Positions 20,101-29,288 of a DNA stretch of 57,347 bases are shown here, piece after piece. The notes below the pieces were generated by a model, which was given only the letters and a program-made list of their open reading frames with translations, was not told the origin of the DNA and made no database searches. Location: the sequence record SRR20825019_1390. The stretch is one strand, 5' to 3'. Position 1 is the first letter of the stretch, and the number at the start of each line of letters is the position of its first letter. The translations under genes and the position numbers were made by a program.

Positions 20101-21684
20101 GGCCAGCGTGTCGAGCTGTTTCCAGTCGGGAACCTGCTTGCCCCCCAGCAGTACGTCGGTGATGTAACGTTCGGCGGAGGCGAGCATGTCGGCCACGCGG
20201 TCAAGGGGAATCAGGCTCAGGCCACCACGGATGCTGTGCAGGAGGCCGGGGACGTGTTCGATTTCACCGGTTTCCCATTGGGAAGCGATGAAATTGACGA
20301 TGGCCGTTTTTACCTGCTCCAGCGTATTGCGGGACTCCCGCAGCAAAGCGCTGCTGGCTTCACCCAGTTCGCGGGAGCCAAGGTTGATGGTTTGGGTGTC
20401 GTCGCCGGTGGCATCCGATTCCGACTGTCGGTCACTGTCCAGGCCAGCCAGACTGGCTTCGACGTAGAGCAGAGCGCCGGCAATATCCATCAGGGTGCCG
20501 TCATCCACCGAGTCAGACTGGTTGGCCAGCTTCTCCACCAGTTCGATCTGTTCGGTAATGACCTTGCGGGGTATGCCCAGGCCCAGCACCGCCAGGGTAT
20601 TGGCGACCTGGCGCAGGCCCGGAAGCAGTTCTTCCAGTTCATCGTTCTGGCGTAGCTCGGAGCGCACAAACAGATCGAGCTGGTCTTTGAGTTTGGCCAA
20701 TTCTTCGTTGAGGGCGCTGACCACCGAGTGGATGGCGTCACGCCCTGGGCCCGAAACCCGGTTCTTGGCGGCGTCCACATCATCGTCGGAAGGCAGTGCG
20801 TGATCGAGCCGGTAACTGTCGCGCAGTTCCCTCACGAGTGGTGTATCGAGATCGCGAGCACGAGCAACGTAGTAGAGCAGATGTTTCAGGAGAGCTTCTG
20901 GAACCGCCTGCTGCAGGATATCAATGTGCTCGTCTGTAAGACGGCGGATTTCGGCGTCCAGCTCGCGCAACAGGGACTTCACGGCTGTATTGACCGGGTT
21001 CGCATGCTGCTGGAGCGTTTCCACGAATGCTCCGGCTGCTTTCCAGAGTTCGCCCCGGGGCGTTTTCTGGCACAGGCGGATCAGCCGCTGGATCACCTTC
21101 TGCATGTAATCGAAATGGGCGTCCAGGTCGGCCTCGCGAATCACGCCAGCGAGGGCGAACTGATACATCTGGCGCAATTTGCGGATATGTCCAAGTACCT
21201 TCGGATCCTGAAGGCGCTGGGACACATTGGCGGCAGCCGTTGCCCGTGAGGGCGACAGGTCTGGCTTGAACAGCGATGTATCGGACAGCAGGGACTCACC
21301 CCGTGCAGCACGGAGATCGTTCAGCAATGGCAGTAGCACCATCGGGAAATCGTCTTTGCTACTGGCCAGGTGCTCCAGATACTGGGGCAGTTGCAGGATG
21401 GCCTGCATCAGCACATCGACGGCATCGTCCACACTGGCGACGGTTTCGTTCAGGACCGCCTGGGTCAGTTTCTCCATTTCCTCGGTCAGCAGGGCCGCGC
21501 CGTAAAGCTCGACCATCTGCAGGGTACCGTGAACCTGGTGGAGATAGTTCAGGCAGAAGCGCAGGCGCGCGGTGTCGTCACGATTCTCGACATACGCTTC
21601 CAGTGCGTGCTGACCCTGGGTCAACGTGTCCTGTATTTCGCCCCGAACCCAGTCCAGGGCGATGCTGTCATGGTGATTGCCCAT
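14170..21684 (-). CDS. chpA: CheA-like hybrid histidine kinase with multiple Hpt domains, HATPase, CheW and receiver
   Basis: Seven HTLKG motifs, HMLRNALDHG, DDGAG, SGRGVGMDVV and a C-terminal receiver (VVDDS, DIEMP). Confidence 0.96.
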   Translation of the reverse strand: MGNHHDSIALDWVRGEIQDTLTQGQHALEAYVENRDDTARLRFCLNYLHQVHGTLQMVELYGAALLTEEMEKLTQAVLNETVASVDDAVDVLMQAILQLPQYLEHLASSKDDFPMVLLPLLNDLRAARGESLLSDTSLFKPDLSPSRATAAANVSQRLQDPKVLGHIRKLRQMYQFALAGVIREADLDAHFDYMQKVIQRLIRLCQKTPRGELWKAAGAFVETLQQHANPVNTAVKSLLRELDAEIRRLTDEHIDILQQAVPEALLKHLLYYVARARDLDTPLVRELRDSYRLDHALPSDDDVDAAKNRVSGPGRDAIHSVVSALNEELAKLKDQLDLFVRSELRQNDELEELLPGLRQVANTLAVLGLGIPRKVITEQIELVEKLANQSDSVDDGTLMDIAGALLYVEASLAGLDSDRQSESDATGDDTQTINLGSRELGEASSALLRESRNTLEQVKTAIVNFIASQWETGEIEHVPGLLHSIRGGLSLIPLDRVADMLASAERYITDVLLGGKQVPDWKQLDTLADAITSIEYYLERLAEGISDNESVLGVAEASLNSLGFPVGEEPTWQHPTADDVPVIDSEVPVESVEAESKSSDKELLDDEILGIFIEEAEEVLETINEFYPRLRQNHDDRDALTEVRRAFHTLKGSGRLVGATSIGELAWSVENLLNRVIDQTLRPTDDMFSLIDDVNSRIPALINDFRDGQADGEVGELIERAEALSTTRKTDIDTASEDGSSADDELPTIDSGNDGEAVSTGHPSAAEVEFDDDLIDDEILEIFIEEAGEVLDTVREYLPMLLRQHDDRTALSEVRRAFHTLKGSGRMVGALVVGELAWSVENMLNRVIDGSIFMNDDIAALLEDVTAALPELVDDFEKRQPPSRDTSSMEARANALANGEIPDASTMPPSEPQSGATNGEAEPELTAAEEEDDTVVDPVLLDIFESETETHLQTLRDFLDAAGDKASVAYTDDLSRALHTLKGSAHTAGIAPIAAVITPLERFVKEARAQNKRADRDVISLIGDTCHFLTQGLGQIRENPQADLPGTETFLAKLEQVSNATLRGDGSRTDEPQESARPQLVQLFLNEGLDILLDADRILDEWSENPEATSALDTLRKELHLLTEGAQDAGLADVAELSGALRQVYERASNPDFVPDSPFYDSVRAGHEHLINMMDQVAAGLATEASADLIAELDTLAPATPADNEPDAFEQEFTGDLEEIDRSLEAEAEDAPELDGEQPPLADTDEDMDQELAEIFLEEARDLIDSTADALQSWSDNTENLDLLRLLQRDLHTLKGGARLADIQPVGDLSHELENLFEGLTEQRLAVTGELSDLLFRCHDRLAGMVDALEQQEPPRPAPDLISEIHAYMDSATGSRPVTDVRKQDAEPEDDDEIPLAELEEDDTEEPESTVEEPEEEHATDLSHLDPELIGIFLEEAYDLINSTGSALHTWSEDPNNRDVAAELQRDVHTLKGGARMAGVDAIGDLTHVLEDLFEKVAEGQLNASSDMNDLLFACHDRLAQMVEQVATQKPCPPATELVAKVEAILSGKPIPSAEPEDPAEEPEPVDEAPTADEQPASVTEAIAKASDDDLVGIFLDEGLEIHEAIGECLAQWRDEPEELAGVTQLQQELHTLKGGARLSDVDPIADLAEAWSDALDPLIAGSSNQSILLELSEKAHGTLKTMLTSLEEGNKPTADMVLVEALNDAHKVSGDELSEPATQAEPSADGETVDAEVLEIFLEEAGEILDQLEQLLDDWRKDPANHHFNQEAQRALHTLKGGARLSQLVELGDQAHALETRLIDLGGNTPGDEAWQAITNDHDAIVALVGDIRKRFEDTGAVPEPAKPDAKTEKLPKTQEPAAEAPAKPEKPVVPAPKPNKVPSKTPAKAAAAQRAPQETIRVSAPLLDELVNLAGETSITRGRLEQQTSDFSHNLDEMAATIERLREQLRRMEIETETQILFRAEKEHGPDYGDDFDPLEMDRYSAIQQLSRALTESSSDLADLRETLSDRVRDTETLLVQQSRINTELQEGLMKTRMIPFASMVPRLRRIVRQISGELSKKVEFDVRNPEGEMDRNILERMIAPLEHMLRNALDHGIEKPADRKKNGKPETGEVTLSLTREGGDVVLRMIDDGAGIPAQVIRDKAIRQGMMAKDEDLSEREILQFILQPGFSTAQAVTQISGRGVGMDVVASEIKQLGGSLDIDSTVGKGTVFTVRLPFTVSVNRALMVSTGEDFYAIPLNTIEGIVRVSTYELEEYYKPDAPMYEYAGQQYRLQYLGSLLNSDHHPKLQGQALPLPVILVRGAEQPMALQVDSLMGSREIVVKSLGPQFSTVRGVSGATILGDGNVVVILDLPAMIRSDILSERQRLANLENAKEASRREEQSTVVMVVDDSVTVRKVTSRLLERNGMEVITAKDGLDAVAQLQDHKPDIILLDIEMPRMDGFEVASFVRHDDNLRDTPICMITSRTGEKHRERALAIGVNEYLGKPFQETELLDTITRLTRNQ

Positions 21685-21695
21685 AACCACTCCGG

Positions 21696-22595
21696 TTATT
21701 CTTCGTCAGTCTGGCGTTTGATCCACGCCAGCACATGTTCCGAGGGTACCCTCTGTAAGCCAGGGGGCTGCCAGTCGGTCAACTCTCCCTGGCCCAGGAC
21801 CAGCAACCCCCCGGGCGCCAGCCGCTCTGCAAGCCTTTTCACGATTTCCCGCCGGCGCCAGCGCCGGAAATAAATCAGCAGGTTCTGGCAGAAGATAATG
21901 TTCATTCCATGCATCGGAGCGTGTTTCAGATCCAGCACATTCAGTCTGGTGAAACACACCCGCTCCCGGATGCTTTCTATAATCTCGACGTTGTTCCGTT
22001 CCGCCGGCCGGAAATACCGGGCTTTCATGGCGTCATCCATTCCCATCAGCTTGCGGGCACTGAACAGGCCGGACTGGGCCTTGTCGATGGCCGGTTTACT
22101 GATATCGGAGCCGGTAACGCCAAACAATGGTTGTAGCGACAACCCCTCCATACTCTCATTCAGCAGCATGGCCAGCGTGTAGGGTTCCTCGCCGGTGGAA
22201 CATCCCACACTCCAGGCCTCCAGAGGGCGCCGTTTCAGCGTCTCCCGGGGCCGGGTAAGCACATAGTCAGACACCAGCCGGAAGGCATCCGGATCCCGGA
22301 AGAACCGGGTTTCCTGAACCGTCAGACGATCTACCAGGGTGGACCATTCAACGACAGCGTCCGGGCCGGATACGATCTTCTCGTAATAGGCCTGATAACT
22401 ACTGCAACCAATCTCCCGCATGCGAATCCCGAGGTTGGTCTCGAGAAACGATTTGCGCCCGGAAGACAGGGTAATGCCGGTACGATGTTCAAGCAGCGTC
22501 TGCCACTGGTTGAACTGCGCCTCGTCCATATCGGGAAGTCGGCGCAGTGACCAGATGCCTTCGGCAGGTGACAGATGGTTGCGTGTTTCAGCCAT
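21696..22595 (-). CDS. pilK: CheR-type methyltransferase
   Basis: ETRFFRD, WSVGCSTGEEPY and IFCQNLLIYF motifs. Confidence 0.93.
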   Translation of the reverse strand: MAETRNHLSPAEGIWSLRRLPDMDEAQFNQWQTLLEHRTGITLSSGRKSFLETNLGIRMREIGCSSYQAYYEKIVSGPDAVVEWSTLVDRLTVQETRFFRDPDAFRLVSDYVLTRPRETLKRRPLEAWSVGCSTGEEPYTLAMLLNESMEGLSLQPLFGVTGSDISKPAIDKAQSGLFSARKLMGMDDAMKARYFRPAERNNVEIIESIRERVCFTRLNVLDLKHAPMHGMNIIFCQNLLIYFRRWRRREIVKRLAERLAPGGLLVLGQGELTDWQPPGLQRVPSEHVLAWIKRQTDEE

Positions 22596-22622
22596 AAACT
22601 GTCAGCAGCCTCGGAGCGGTTG

Positions 22623-24698
22623 TCAGCTCACCACCGGTACGTCGCTGTCTTCCTCTTCTTCCTGATCGGCCGACTCTTCTTCGGGCAGTGTGAAGCCCGC
22701 AACAGAGGACCGCAGTTCAGACGCCATTTCTGCCAGGTTACCGATAGACTTCGCGGTCGCGTTGGTACCGGAGGACGTCTGCGAGGTGATTTCCTGGATG
22801 ACGTTCATGGTGTTGGAAATGTGCGCCGCAGAGGACGACTGCTGACGGGCGGCGTTGGAAATGTTCTGGATCAATTCCGCCAGGGACATGGATACGTTCT
22901 CGATTTCCTCGAGCGCAATACCCGCGTCCTGTGCCAGACGTGCACCACGGACCACCTCGGCGGTGGTGTGTTCCATGGAGATAACGGCTTCGTTGGTGTC
23001 TGACTGGATCGTCTTAACCAGTGCCTCAATCTGCTTGGTTGCTGCAGAGGAACGTTCCGCCAGTCGCTGAACTTCGTCCGCAACCACCGCGAAGCCCCGG
23101 CCTGCGTCACCGGCCATGGAGGCCTGGATCGCGGCGTTCAGGGACAGGATGTTGGTTTGGTCGGCGATGTCGTTGATCAGGGATACGATGTCACCGATTT
23201 CCTGGGAAGATTCACCCAGACGCTTGATCCGTTTGGAGGTTTCCTGGATCTGCTCACGGATGTTGTCCATGCCGCGGATGGTGTTCTGTACCACTTCCGC
23301 GCCTTTCTTCGCGATCGCAACCGACCGTTCCGCAACCGCGGAGGATTCAGCCGCGTTGGAAGATACCTGGTCGATGGACACGGCCATCTCGTTCACAGCG
23401 GCAGAGGCGCCGGCAATTTCCTGGGCCTGGTGCTCGGAAGCATCCGCCAGGTGCATTGCTGTGGCCTGGGTTTCCTGGGCGGCTGACGCTACCCGTACCG
23501 CAGTACCACGGATCGCCTGTACCAGTCCACGCATCTGGTCGATCGCGTAGTTGATGGAGTCGGCGATGGCGCCGGTAAAGTCCTCGGTAACCGTGGCCTC
23601 CGTGGTCAAGTCACCGTCCGCCAGGTCAGCCAGTTCGTCCAGCAGTCGCAGGATCGCGTTCTGGTTCTGCTCGTTCTGTTCCTGGGTCGTTGCCAGACGC
23701 TCCTGGGCTTCGCGGTAGAGCACCACACCGATCATCACAACGATACCGACCATCGCGGCCAGGATGATGAATGCCAGCGTGGGGCTGACGAAACGGGATC
23801 CGGCCTGGCCGGTGAATTTCTCGGACAGAACCGACAGTTCGTCCAGCAGAACCTGTGAGTTCTGGAAGATGTCGCTGGCCGCAGTACGCACCTTGAAGAG
23901 GTCGGGAGAGGCTTCAAGGATGGCGTCTACGTTCTGGGAAACGAATTCAAACAGTTCGCCAACGGCTTCCAGGCCGTAGATGGCATCTTCATCGTTTACC
24001 TGGGAGATGCCCATGGCCGGGTTGCCATTGACCTGGCCGTCTAGAACCCGGCCAAACAGGCTGGCGTCGCGGCCAAACCGGTCAGCGGCGATAACCGCGT
24101 CTTCGTCACCGGAAAGTACGTTGTTAACCGAGCGCACAATCCGTTCCGCCAGCAGGGACTGGCGCTGTGCCAGTGCGATCTGTTCAGCGGGTGCGTTGTT
24201 ATCCAGCAGGATCTGAACGATGTCGTCGTATTCCACCTGCAACTGCGGAATGGTTTCGTTCAGGGTCCGTGCCACTTCGTGGAGGCCGAGTACCGCGTCC
24301 TGGGTGGACAGGATGCTGTCGGCGTTGTCACGAACCGATTCCCAGGTCGCCTGCACGTTGCTGTCCTGTGCAACCTCGCTTGGGGGCAGGCCGGTTTCCG
24401 GATTACCGTCAACTACATAGCCCCACAACCGTTCGAACTCGTCACGGGAACGTCGCAGTGCGTCGAACGCTGACGCGGTACCACCGGCGGCTTCCGTCGC
24501 GTTTTTCGCGATTTCCTGAGACAGCACCCTCAGTTCGGCTGAGTGAGCGATGTATTCCTGATCGTTCTGGCTGTCCCGATTGATAATGAACAGCACCGCA
24601 ACGAGCAGGACGGTCAATGCGATCAGCGCGGCAATCAGGCCGGCAACCAGTTTGTTGCCTCCCTGTCCCATACTGAGTCTTCCGGCTCTATTTTTCAT
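22623..24698 (-). CDS. pilJ: Methyl-accepting chemotaxis protein
   Basis: Two TM helices; IADQTNILSLNAAIQA and GRGFAVVADEV; operon position. Confidence 0.95.
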   Translation of the reverse strand: MKNRAGRLSMGQGGNKLVAGLIAALIALTVLLVAVLFIINRDSQNDQEYIAHSAELRVLSQEIAKNATEAAGGTASAFDALRRSRDEFERLWGYVVDGNPETGLPPSEVAQDSNVQATWESVRDNADSILSTQDAVLGLHEVARTLNETIPQLQVEYDDIVQILLDNNAPAEQIALAQRQSLLAERIVRSVNNVLSGDEDAVIAADRFGRDASLFGRVLDGQVNGNPAMGISQVNDEDAIYGLEAVGELFEFVSQNVDAILEASPDLFKVRTAASDIFQNSQVLLDELSVLSEKFTGQAGSRFVSPTLAFIILAAMVGIVVMIGVVLYREAQERLATTQEQNEQNQNAILRLLDELADLADGDLTTEATVTEDFTGAIADSINYAIDQMRGLVQAIRGTAVRVASAAQETQATAMHLADASEHQAQEIAGASAAVNEMAVSIDQVSSNAAESSAVAERSVAIAKKGAEVVQNTIRGMDNIREQIQETSKRIKRLGESSQEIGDIVSLINDIADQTNILSLNAAIQASMAGDAGRGFAVVADEVQRLAERSSAATKQIEALVKTIQSDTNEAVISMEHTTAEVVRGARLAQDAGIALEEIENVSMSLAELIQNISNAARQQSSSAAHISNTMNVIQEITSQTSSGTNATAKSIGNLAEMASELRSSVAGFTLPEEESADQEEEEDSDVPVVS

Positions 24699-24789
24699 TT
24701 TCTGGCTCCCGGCCTCTTCGTAATAGTGGCAAGTTTGTTTCTGCGGGCGTTGGGCAGGCGGGAAGATGTTCCTGCCAATGTCACCACCC

Positions 24790-25335
24790 TTACCATTGCG
24801 CTACATCCAGGAAGCGTTCGTCACCGAGAAGCTCGGCGGCGGAAAACACTTTCCAGACTTCCTCGTTACGCTCGTAGCCGCCATTCACAAACGGCTGAAC
24901 GCTTGCAGGCACATCCTGTGGCGATGCCACGAAGCTGTCCACTGCGAAATACTGCATGCCTGAGACGCTGTCGACCACCAGGCCACTGAATACGTCCCCC
25001 TGTTCGACAACCAGCACCCTGCGTTCGCGGGTGCTGCGAGAAGAACGGGGAACTTCAAAAAAGCCGGCAAGGTCGACCAGTGGCAGGAGGCGGCCACGCA
25101 CGTTGGCAGCGCCCATCATAAACGGATGAACCCCCGGTATGTGGGTATAGCGGGGGACATGGAGAATTTCAGTGACTTCACCCATGGGCGCTACGTAACG
25201 CTCACCCGCCAGAACAAATCCGATTCCGTTCCAGAGTTCAACGGCTTCCTGTTGTTCCGGCAGACCGGCAGCCATGGCACGGCTGCGTCGGGCGATATCC
25301 GTCAGAACGGCAAAAGGGGCGGCCTGGGCGGACAT
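24790..25335 (-). CDS. pilI: CheW-like protein
   Basis: GAANVRGRLLPLVDL; lies between pilH and pilJ. Confidence 0.92.
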   Translation of the reverse strand: MSAQAAPFAVLTDIARRSRAMAAGLPEQQEAVELWNGIGFVLAGERYVAPMGEVTEILHVPRYTHIPGVHPFMMGAANVRGRLLPLVDLAGFFEVPRSSRSTRERRVLVVEQGDVFSGLVVDSVSGMQYFAVDSFVASPQDVPASVQPFVNGGYERNEEVWKVFSAAELLGDERFLDVAQW

Positions 25336-25355
25336 GCTTACTCCACGGTTGGGGA

Positions 25356-25718
25356 TCAGGCAATCAGGCTATTGATTGTTTTGATCAGGTCGTCTTCAAC
25401 GACAGGTTTGACGAGGTAACCCTTTGCACCCTGGCGTGTTCCCCATACGCGGTCTGTTTCCTGATCCTTGGTGGTGACAATCACCACCGGAATGGAAGCG
25501 GTTTCCGGGGCGCGGGTCAATTGACGAGTTGCCTGGAAGCCGTTCAGGCCGGGCATGACGACATCCATCAGGACCAGATCTGGTGTTTCAGCGCGTGCCT
25601 TGGCAACGCCGTCGGCGCCGTTGTCAGCGGTCAGCACTTCGTGCTTGTGCTTTTCCAGAATGGTCGAGATTTTCTTAACCTCGGTCGGGGAATCATCAAC
25701 AATCAGAATGCGGGCCAT
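25356..25718 (-). CDS. pilH: Single-domain response regulator
   Basis: MARILIVDDSPTE, DVVMPGLNGFQATRQL and TTKDQETDRVWG. Confidence 0.96.
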   Translation of the reverse strand: MARILIVDDSPTEVKKISTILEKHKHEVLTADNGADGVAKARAETPDLVLMDVVMPGLNGFQATRQLTRAPETASIPVVIVTTKDQETDRVWGTRQGAKGYLVKPVVEDDLIKTINSLIA

Positions 25719-25750
25719 GGTGTCCTCAATAGTTCTTTGCTGCAGCAGTT

Positions 25751-26143
25751 TTATTGTTCCGCCTGGGGAACATACTGGCGAATCGTGTTTAGAAGCTCGT
25801 CCTTGCTGAACGGTTTGGTCAGATACTGGTCTGAACCGACAATCCGGCCTTTGGCCTTGTCGAACAGTCCGTCTTTACTGGAGAGCATGATGACCGGCGT
25901 CTTTTTGAAAGAGGAGTTGTTCTTGATCAGTGCGCAGGTCTGGTAGCCGTCCAACCGGGGCATCATGATATCGACGAAAATGATATTGGGTTGGGAATCG
26001 GCGATTTTCGCCAGAGCGTCAAAGCCATCCGTTGCGGTAATGACTTCGCAACCGACTTTCTTAAGAAGGGTTTCGGCGGTGCGACGAATGGTCTTGCTGT
26101 CGTCGATCACCATAATCTTCAGATTCTCGAAGTTGTCATCCAT
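25751..26143 (-). CDS. pilG: Single-domain response regulator
   Basis: IDDSKTIRRTAETLL and SSKDGLFDKAKGRIVGS. Confidence 0.96.
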   Translation of the reverse strand: MDDNFENLKIMVIDDSKTIRRTAETLLKKVGCEVITATDGFDALAKIADSQPNIIFVDIMMPRLDGYQTCALIKNNSSFKKTPVIMLSSKDGLFDKAKGRIVGSDQYLTKPFSKDELLNTIRQYVPQAEQ

Positions 26144-26215
26144 TGTCCAACTGCCTTGCGCTCAGCGACTGTCGTTATTTTCAACCGGGGTTTTTAACAC
26201 AAACATTAACGATGT

Positions 26216-26240
26216 TCTATAAATCCCGCTCATTTATAGA
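26216..26240. promoter_or_regulatory. Inverted repeat in the pilG/gshB divergent promoter region (candidate operator)
   Basis: TCTATAAAT-N7-ATTTATAGA, with perfect 9-bp arms. Confidence 0.45.
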
Positions 26241-26438
26241 GTATTGGCGGCCGGATAAAAAGTATAACTTTGTGACCAAATGTACTTCTGCCCGGAAAGT
26301 CACGTAATTGATACGGGATTTCTCCGGATGCATTCGCGGCTCGGGTACAATACCATCTGTGTCCACAGCATAGCACTTATTCCCAGGATCGCTCTGCAGA
26401 CCGGTTCGTGTTTTCAACCTTTTACCTGGCGAGGCAAT

Positions 26439-27386
26439 ATGACAGTCCGACTCGGCATCGTGATGGACCCCATCGAAAAGATCCATTTCAAGAAAGACAG
26501 CTCTCTGGCCATGTTGCTGGCGGCGCAGAAGCGGGGCTGGGAAATCGAGTACATGGAGCTACCGGACCTGTACCTCAAGGGCGGACAGGCGAGGGCGCGA
26601 ACCCGTGACCTGACCGTACACCTGGACCCACAAGACTGGTTCGGTTTTGGTGGCGCCCAGGACCGGGCGCTTGGTGATCTTGACGTCATCCTGATGCGTC
26701 AGGACCCACCGGTGGACCGGGAGTTCCTGATGGCCACGTTCATTCTGGAAATTGCCGAGCAGCAGGGCGCCCTGGTGGTCAATCCGGCTTCCACGCTGCG
26801 GGATTGTAACGAAAAGCTGTTCGCCGCCCAGTTTGAGGACTGCACGCCGCCGTTGATCGTTACCCGCTCGGCTGAGCGACTCAAGGAATTCTACGCCGAG
26901 CATGGTGATGTCATCATGAAACCGGTGGACGGTATGGGCGGGCGCTCCATCTTCCGGGTCAAGGAAAACGACGACAACCTTGGGGTGATTATTGAAACCC
27001 TGACCAACTATGGCGCCCACCAGGCCATGGCGCAGAAATACATACCCGAGATCAAGCAGGGCGATAAACGCATCCTGCTGATCGACGGCGAGCCGATTCC
27101 CTACGCGCTTGCGCGTATCCCCTCGCAGGGTGAAAATCGTGGAAACCTGGCCGCTGGCGGGCGAGGAGAGGGTCGTGAACTCACGGTACGCGATCGGGAG
27201 ATCTGTGACCGTGTGGCGCCAGTGCTCAAGGAAAAAGGGCTCATTTTTGTCGGCATCGACGTCATCGGTGACTACCTCACTGAAATCAATGTCACCAGTC
27301 CCACCTGTATTCGGGAACTGGATGCCGCCTACGACATCGATATTTCCAGCCAGTTGCTGGATGCCATCGAGCGCCGTCTGAAATAA
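26439..27386 (+). CDS. gshB: Glutathione synthetase
   Basis: GIVMDP, KDSSLAML, MRQDPP, RGNLAAGG and EINVTSPTC; ATG after GAGG. Confidence 0.97.
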   Translation: MTVRLGIVMDPIEKIHFKKDSSLAMLLAAQKRGWEIEYMELPDLYLKGGQARARTRDLTVHLDPQDWFGFGGAQDRALGDLDVILMRQDPPVDREFLMATFILEIAEQQGALVVNPASTLRDCNEKLFAAQFEDCTPPLIVTRSAERLKEFYAEHGDVIMKPVDGMGGRSIFRVKENDDNLGVIIETLTNYGAHQAMAQKYIPEIKQGDKRILLIDGEPIPYALARIPSQGENRGNLAAGGRGEGRELTVRDREICDRVAPVLKEKGLIFVGIDVIGDYLTEINVTSPTCIRELDAAYDIDISSQLLDAIERRLK

Positions 27387-27425
27387 TGACCTCCAGCCAG
27401 GTCTAACCGAGGGTAAATAGCAGGA

Positions 27426-28292
27426 ATGGCAGTACAGGTCAGCGATTTTGATCGGTTTTCGTTCACGCTCTTCATGGCGCTGGCGCTCCACGCCATCGTG
27501 GTGCTGGGTATTACCTTTGCGCCCGAGTCTCCCCGCTCCTCGGCTCAGACCATGGAAATCACACTTTCCCAGTTTGACGACGAAACCGATCCGGAGGAGG
27601 CTGATTTCCTGGCCCAGACCAGCCAGAAAGGCAGTGGTACCGAGGATGAGCCGGTGGAAATGACCACGCCGCAGCCTTCCGACGTCAGCCAGCCGGAGGT
27701 CGCTGAGATTCAGCCGGAACCTCCGTCTCGTGTTGAGCCCAGGCAAGAACAGGAACAGCCGGTGGTGCAGACACAGGCTCAGAATGAACGCCAGGTATCA
27801 AAGCCCTCGGCAGCGGAACCAACATCGGAAGAGCCGCTACCGGTGAAGGAAAAGAAAAGCCTGATGGAGCGCAGCCTGGAAATTGCCAGTCTGGAGGCGC
27901 GGTTTGATCAGCAGCGCAGGGCCTACGCCAAGAAACCCCGGGTCATGCGGGTAACCGCGGCCTCGACGTTGAAATCGACCAACGCCTGGTACGTTCAGAA
28001 CTGGGTCAGCAAGGTAACCCGTGTCGGCAATATCAACTATCCTACCGAGGCCAGGCGAGCCGGAATCTATGGCACTCTGCGGATGCTGGTTTCCATGAGG
28101 GAGGATGGCACAATAAAGGAACTGGCTATACTCGAATCATCCGGCAGTAGTGTGCTTGATGATGCGGCAATACGCATCGTGAGAATGGCAGCACCTTTCG
28201 CGCCTTTCCCGGATGAGATGCGAGAGAATGTCGATGAACTGGAAATTATCCGCACCTGGGTATTCGAACGGCGGGGGCTGACATCGGGATGA
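27426..28292 (+). CDS. tonB: TonB-family energy transducer (TonB3-like)
   Basis: N-terminal TM with His, Pro/Glu-rich linker and a TonB_C domain (YPTEARR, SSGSSVLDDAA); gshB-yqgE context. Confidence 0.85.
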   Translation: MAVQVSDFDRFSFTLFMALALHAIVVLGITFAPESPRSSAQTMEITLSQFDDETDPEEADFLAQTSQKGSGTEDEPVEMTTPQPSDVSQPEVAEIQPEPPSRVEPRQEQEQPVVQTQAQNERQVSKPSAAEPTSEEPLPVKEKKSLMERSLEIASLEARFDQQRRAYAKKPRVMRVTAASTLKSTNAWYVQNWVSKVTRVGNINYPTEARRAGIYGTLRMLVSMREDGTIKELAILESSGSSVLDDAAIRIVRMAAPFAPFPDEMRENVDELEIIRTWVFERRGLTSG

Positions 28293-28855
28293 CAGCATCA
28301 AAACACTCTCCACACAGTCTGCGGCACCAGTTTCTGGTGGCGTCTCCTTATTTGCAGGATCCACGTTTCCACGGTGCAGTGATCTATCTGTGCGAGCATT
28401 CGGATGAAGGCGCCCTGGGGCTGACGGTGAACCACCCTCTGGACATCCACCTGGGGGAAATTCTGGAGCAGCTGGACATGGAGGGTGGCGAGCTCGACGT
28501 GCCAGTATACGGAGGCGGCCCGGTTCAGCCCGAGCGCGGGTTTGTGCTGCATTCCCCGGACGCAGGCTGGCAGAACACTGCGCAGGTGGCTGACGACGTC
28601 TTGCTGACCACCTCCCGTGACGTGCTGTCTGACATTGGTGCAGGCAGGGGGCCGAAGAGTTACCTGGTGTGCCTGGGCTATGCCGGCTGGAGTGAGGGAC
28701 AGCTGGAAGAAGAGCTCTCCAGCAACGCCTGGCTGACCTGCCCCGCCACCGCCGATATCCTGTTCAGGACACCCTGGGAAGACCGGTATCAGGCCGTGCT
28801 CAAGCTTATTGGCATTGATCTCAACCAGCTCAGTGAGTTTGTGGGCCATGCCTGA
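28289..28855 (+). CDS. yqgE: YqgE/AlgH family protein
   Basis: GGPVQPERGFVLH and GYAGWSEGQLEEE. Confidence 0.95.
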   Translation: MTASKHSPHSLRHQFLVASPYLQDPRFHGAVIYLCEHSDEGALGLTVNHPLDIHLGEILEQLDMEGGELDVPVYGGGPVQPERGFVLHSPDAGWQNTAQVADDVLLTTSRDVLSDIGAGRGPKSYLVCLGYAGWSEGQLEEELSSNAWLTCPATADILFRTPWEDRYQAVLKLIGIDLNQLSEFVGHA

Positions 28856-29288
28856 GGCTGGCAACCGGCGTGTAATGGCGTTTGATTTCGGTACCCGCCG
28901 GATCGGTGTGGCCAGTGGTCAGGAAATTCTGGGGACTGGCAAGCCTCTGACCATGCTGCCGGCCCGTGATGGGGTTCCCGACTGGGAACAGATTGGTCGG
29001 CTGTTGAAAGAATGGCAGCCGGACCGGGTGCTGGTCGGCCTGCCCCTGAACATGGATGACACTGAAAATGACATGTGTGCACGGGCGCGGAAATTTGGCA
29101 AACGCCTGCATGGTCGCTTTCACGTCGAGGTTGAGATGGTGGACGAACGTCTCACCAGTTTTGAGGCCAAGGGCGATGTAATGGCGTCCGGTGGCAGCCG
29201 TGATTTCGGTCGCGATGGCGTCGATGACCGCGCCGCCGTTCTGATTCTGGAAACCTGGTTTCACCAGCAGGAGTCTCGTTCGTCCTGA
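28848..29288 (+). CDS. yqgF: Pre-16S rRNA nuclease YqgF/RuvX
   Basis: AFDFGTRRIGVA, VGLPLNMD, DERLTS and DDRAA. Confidence 0.95.
   Translation: MPEAGNRRVMAFDFGTRRIGVASGQEILGTGKPLTMLPARDGVPDWEQIGRLLKEWQPDRVLVGLPLNMDDTENDMCARARKFGKRLHGRFHVEVEMVDERLTSFEAKGDVMASGGSRDFGRDGVDDRAAVLILETWFHQQESRSS

Noticed and set aside
26271-26286. CRP/Vfr site upstream of pilG (TGTGA-N6-GTACT)
   Set aside because: The second half-site has three mismatches to TCACA.
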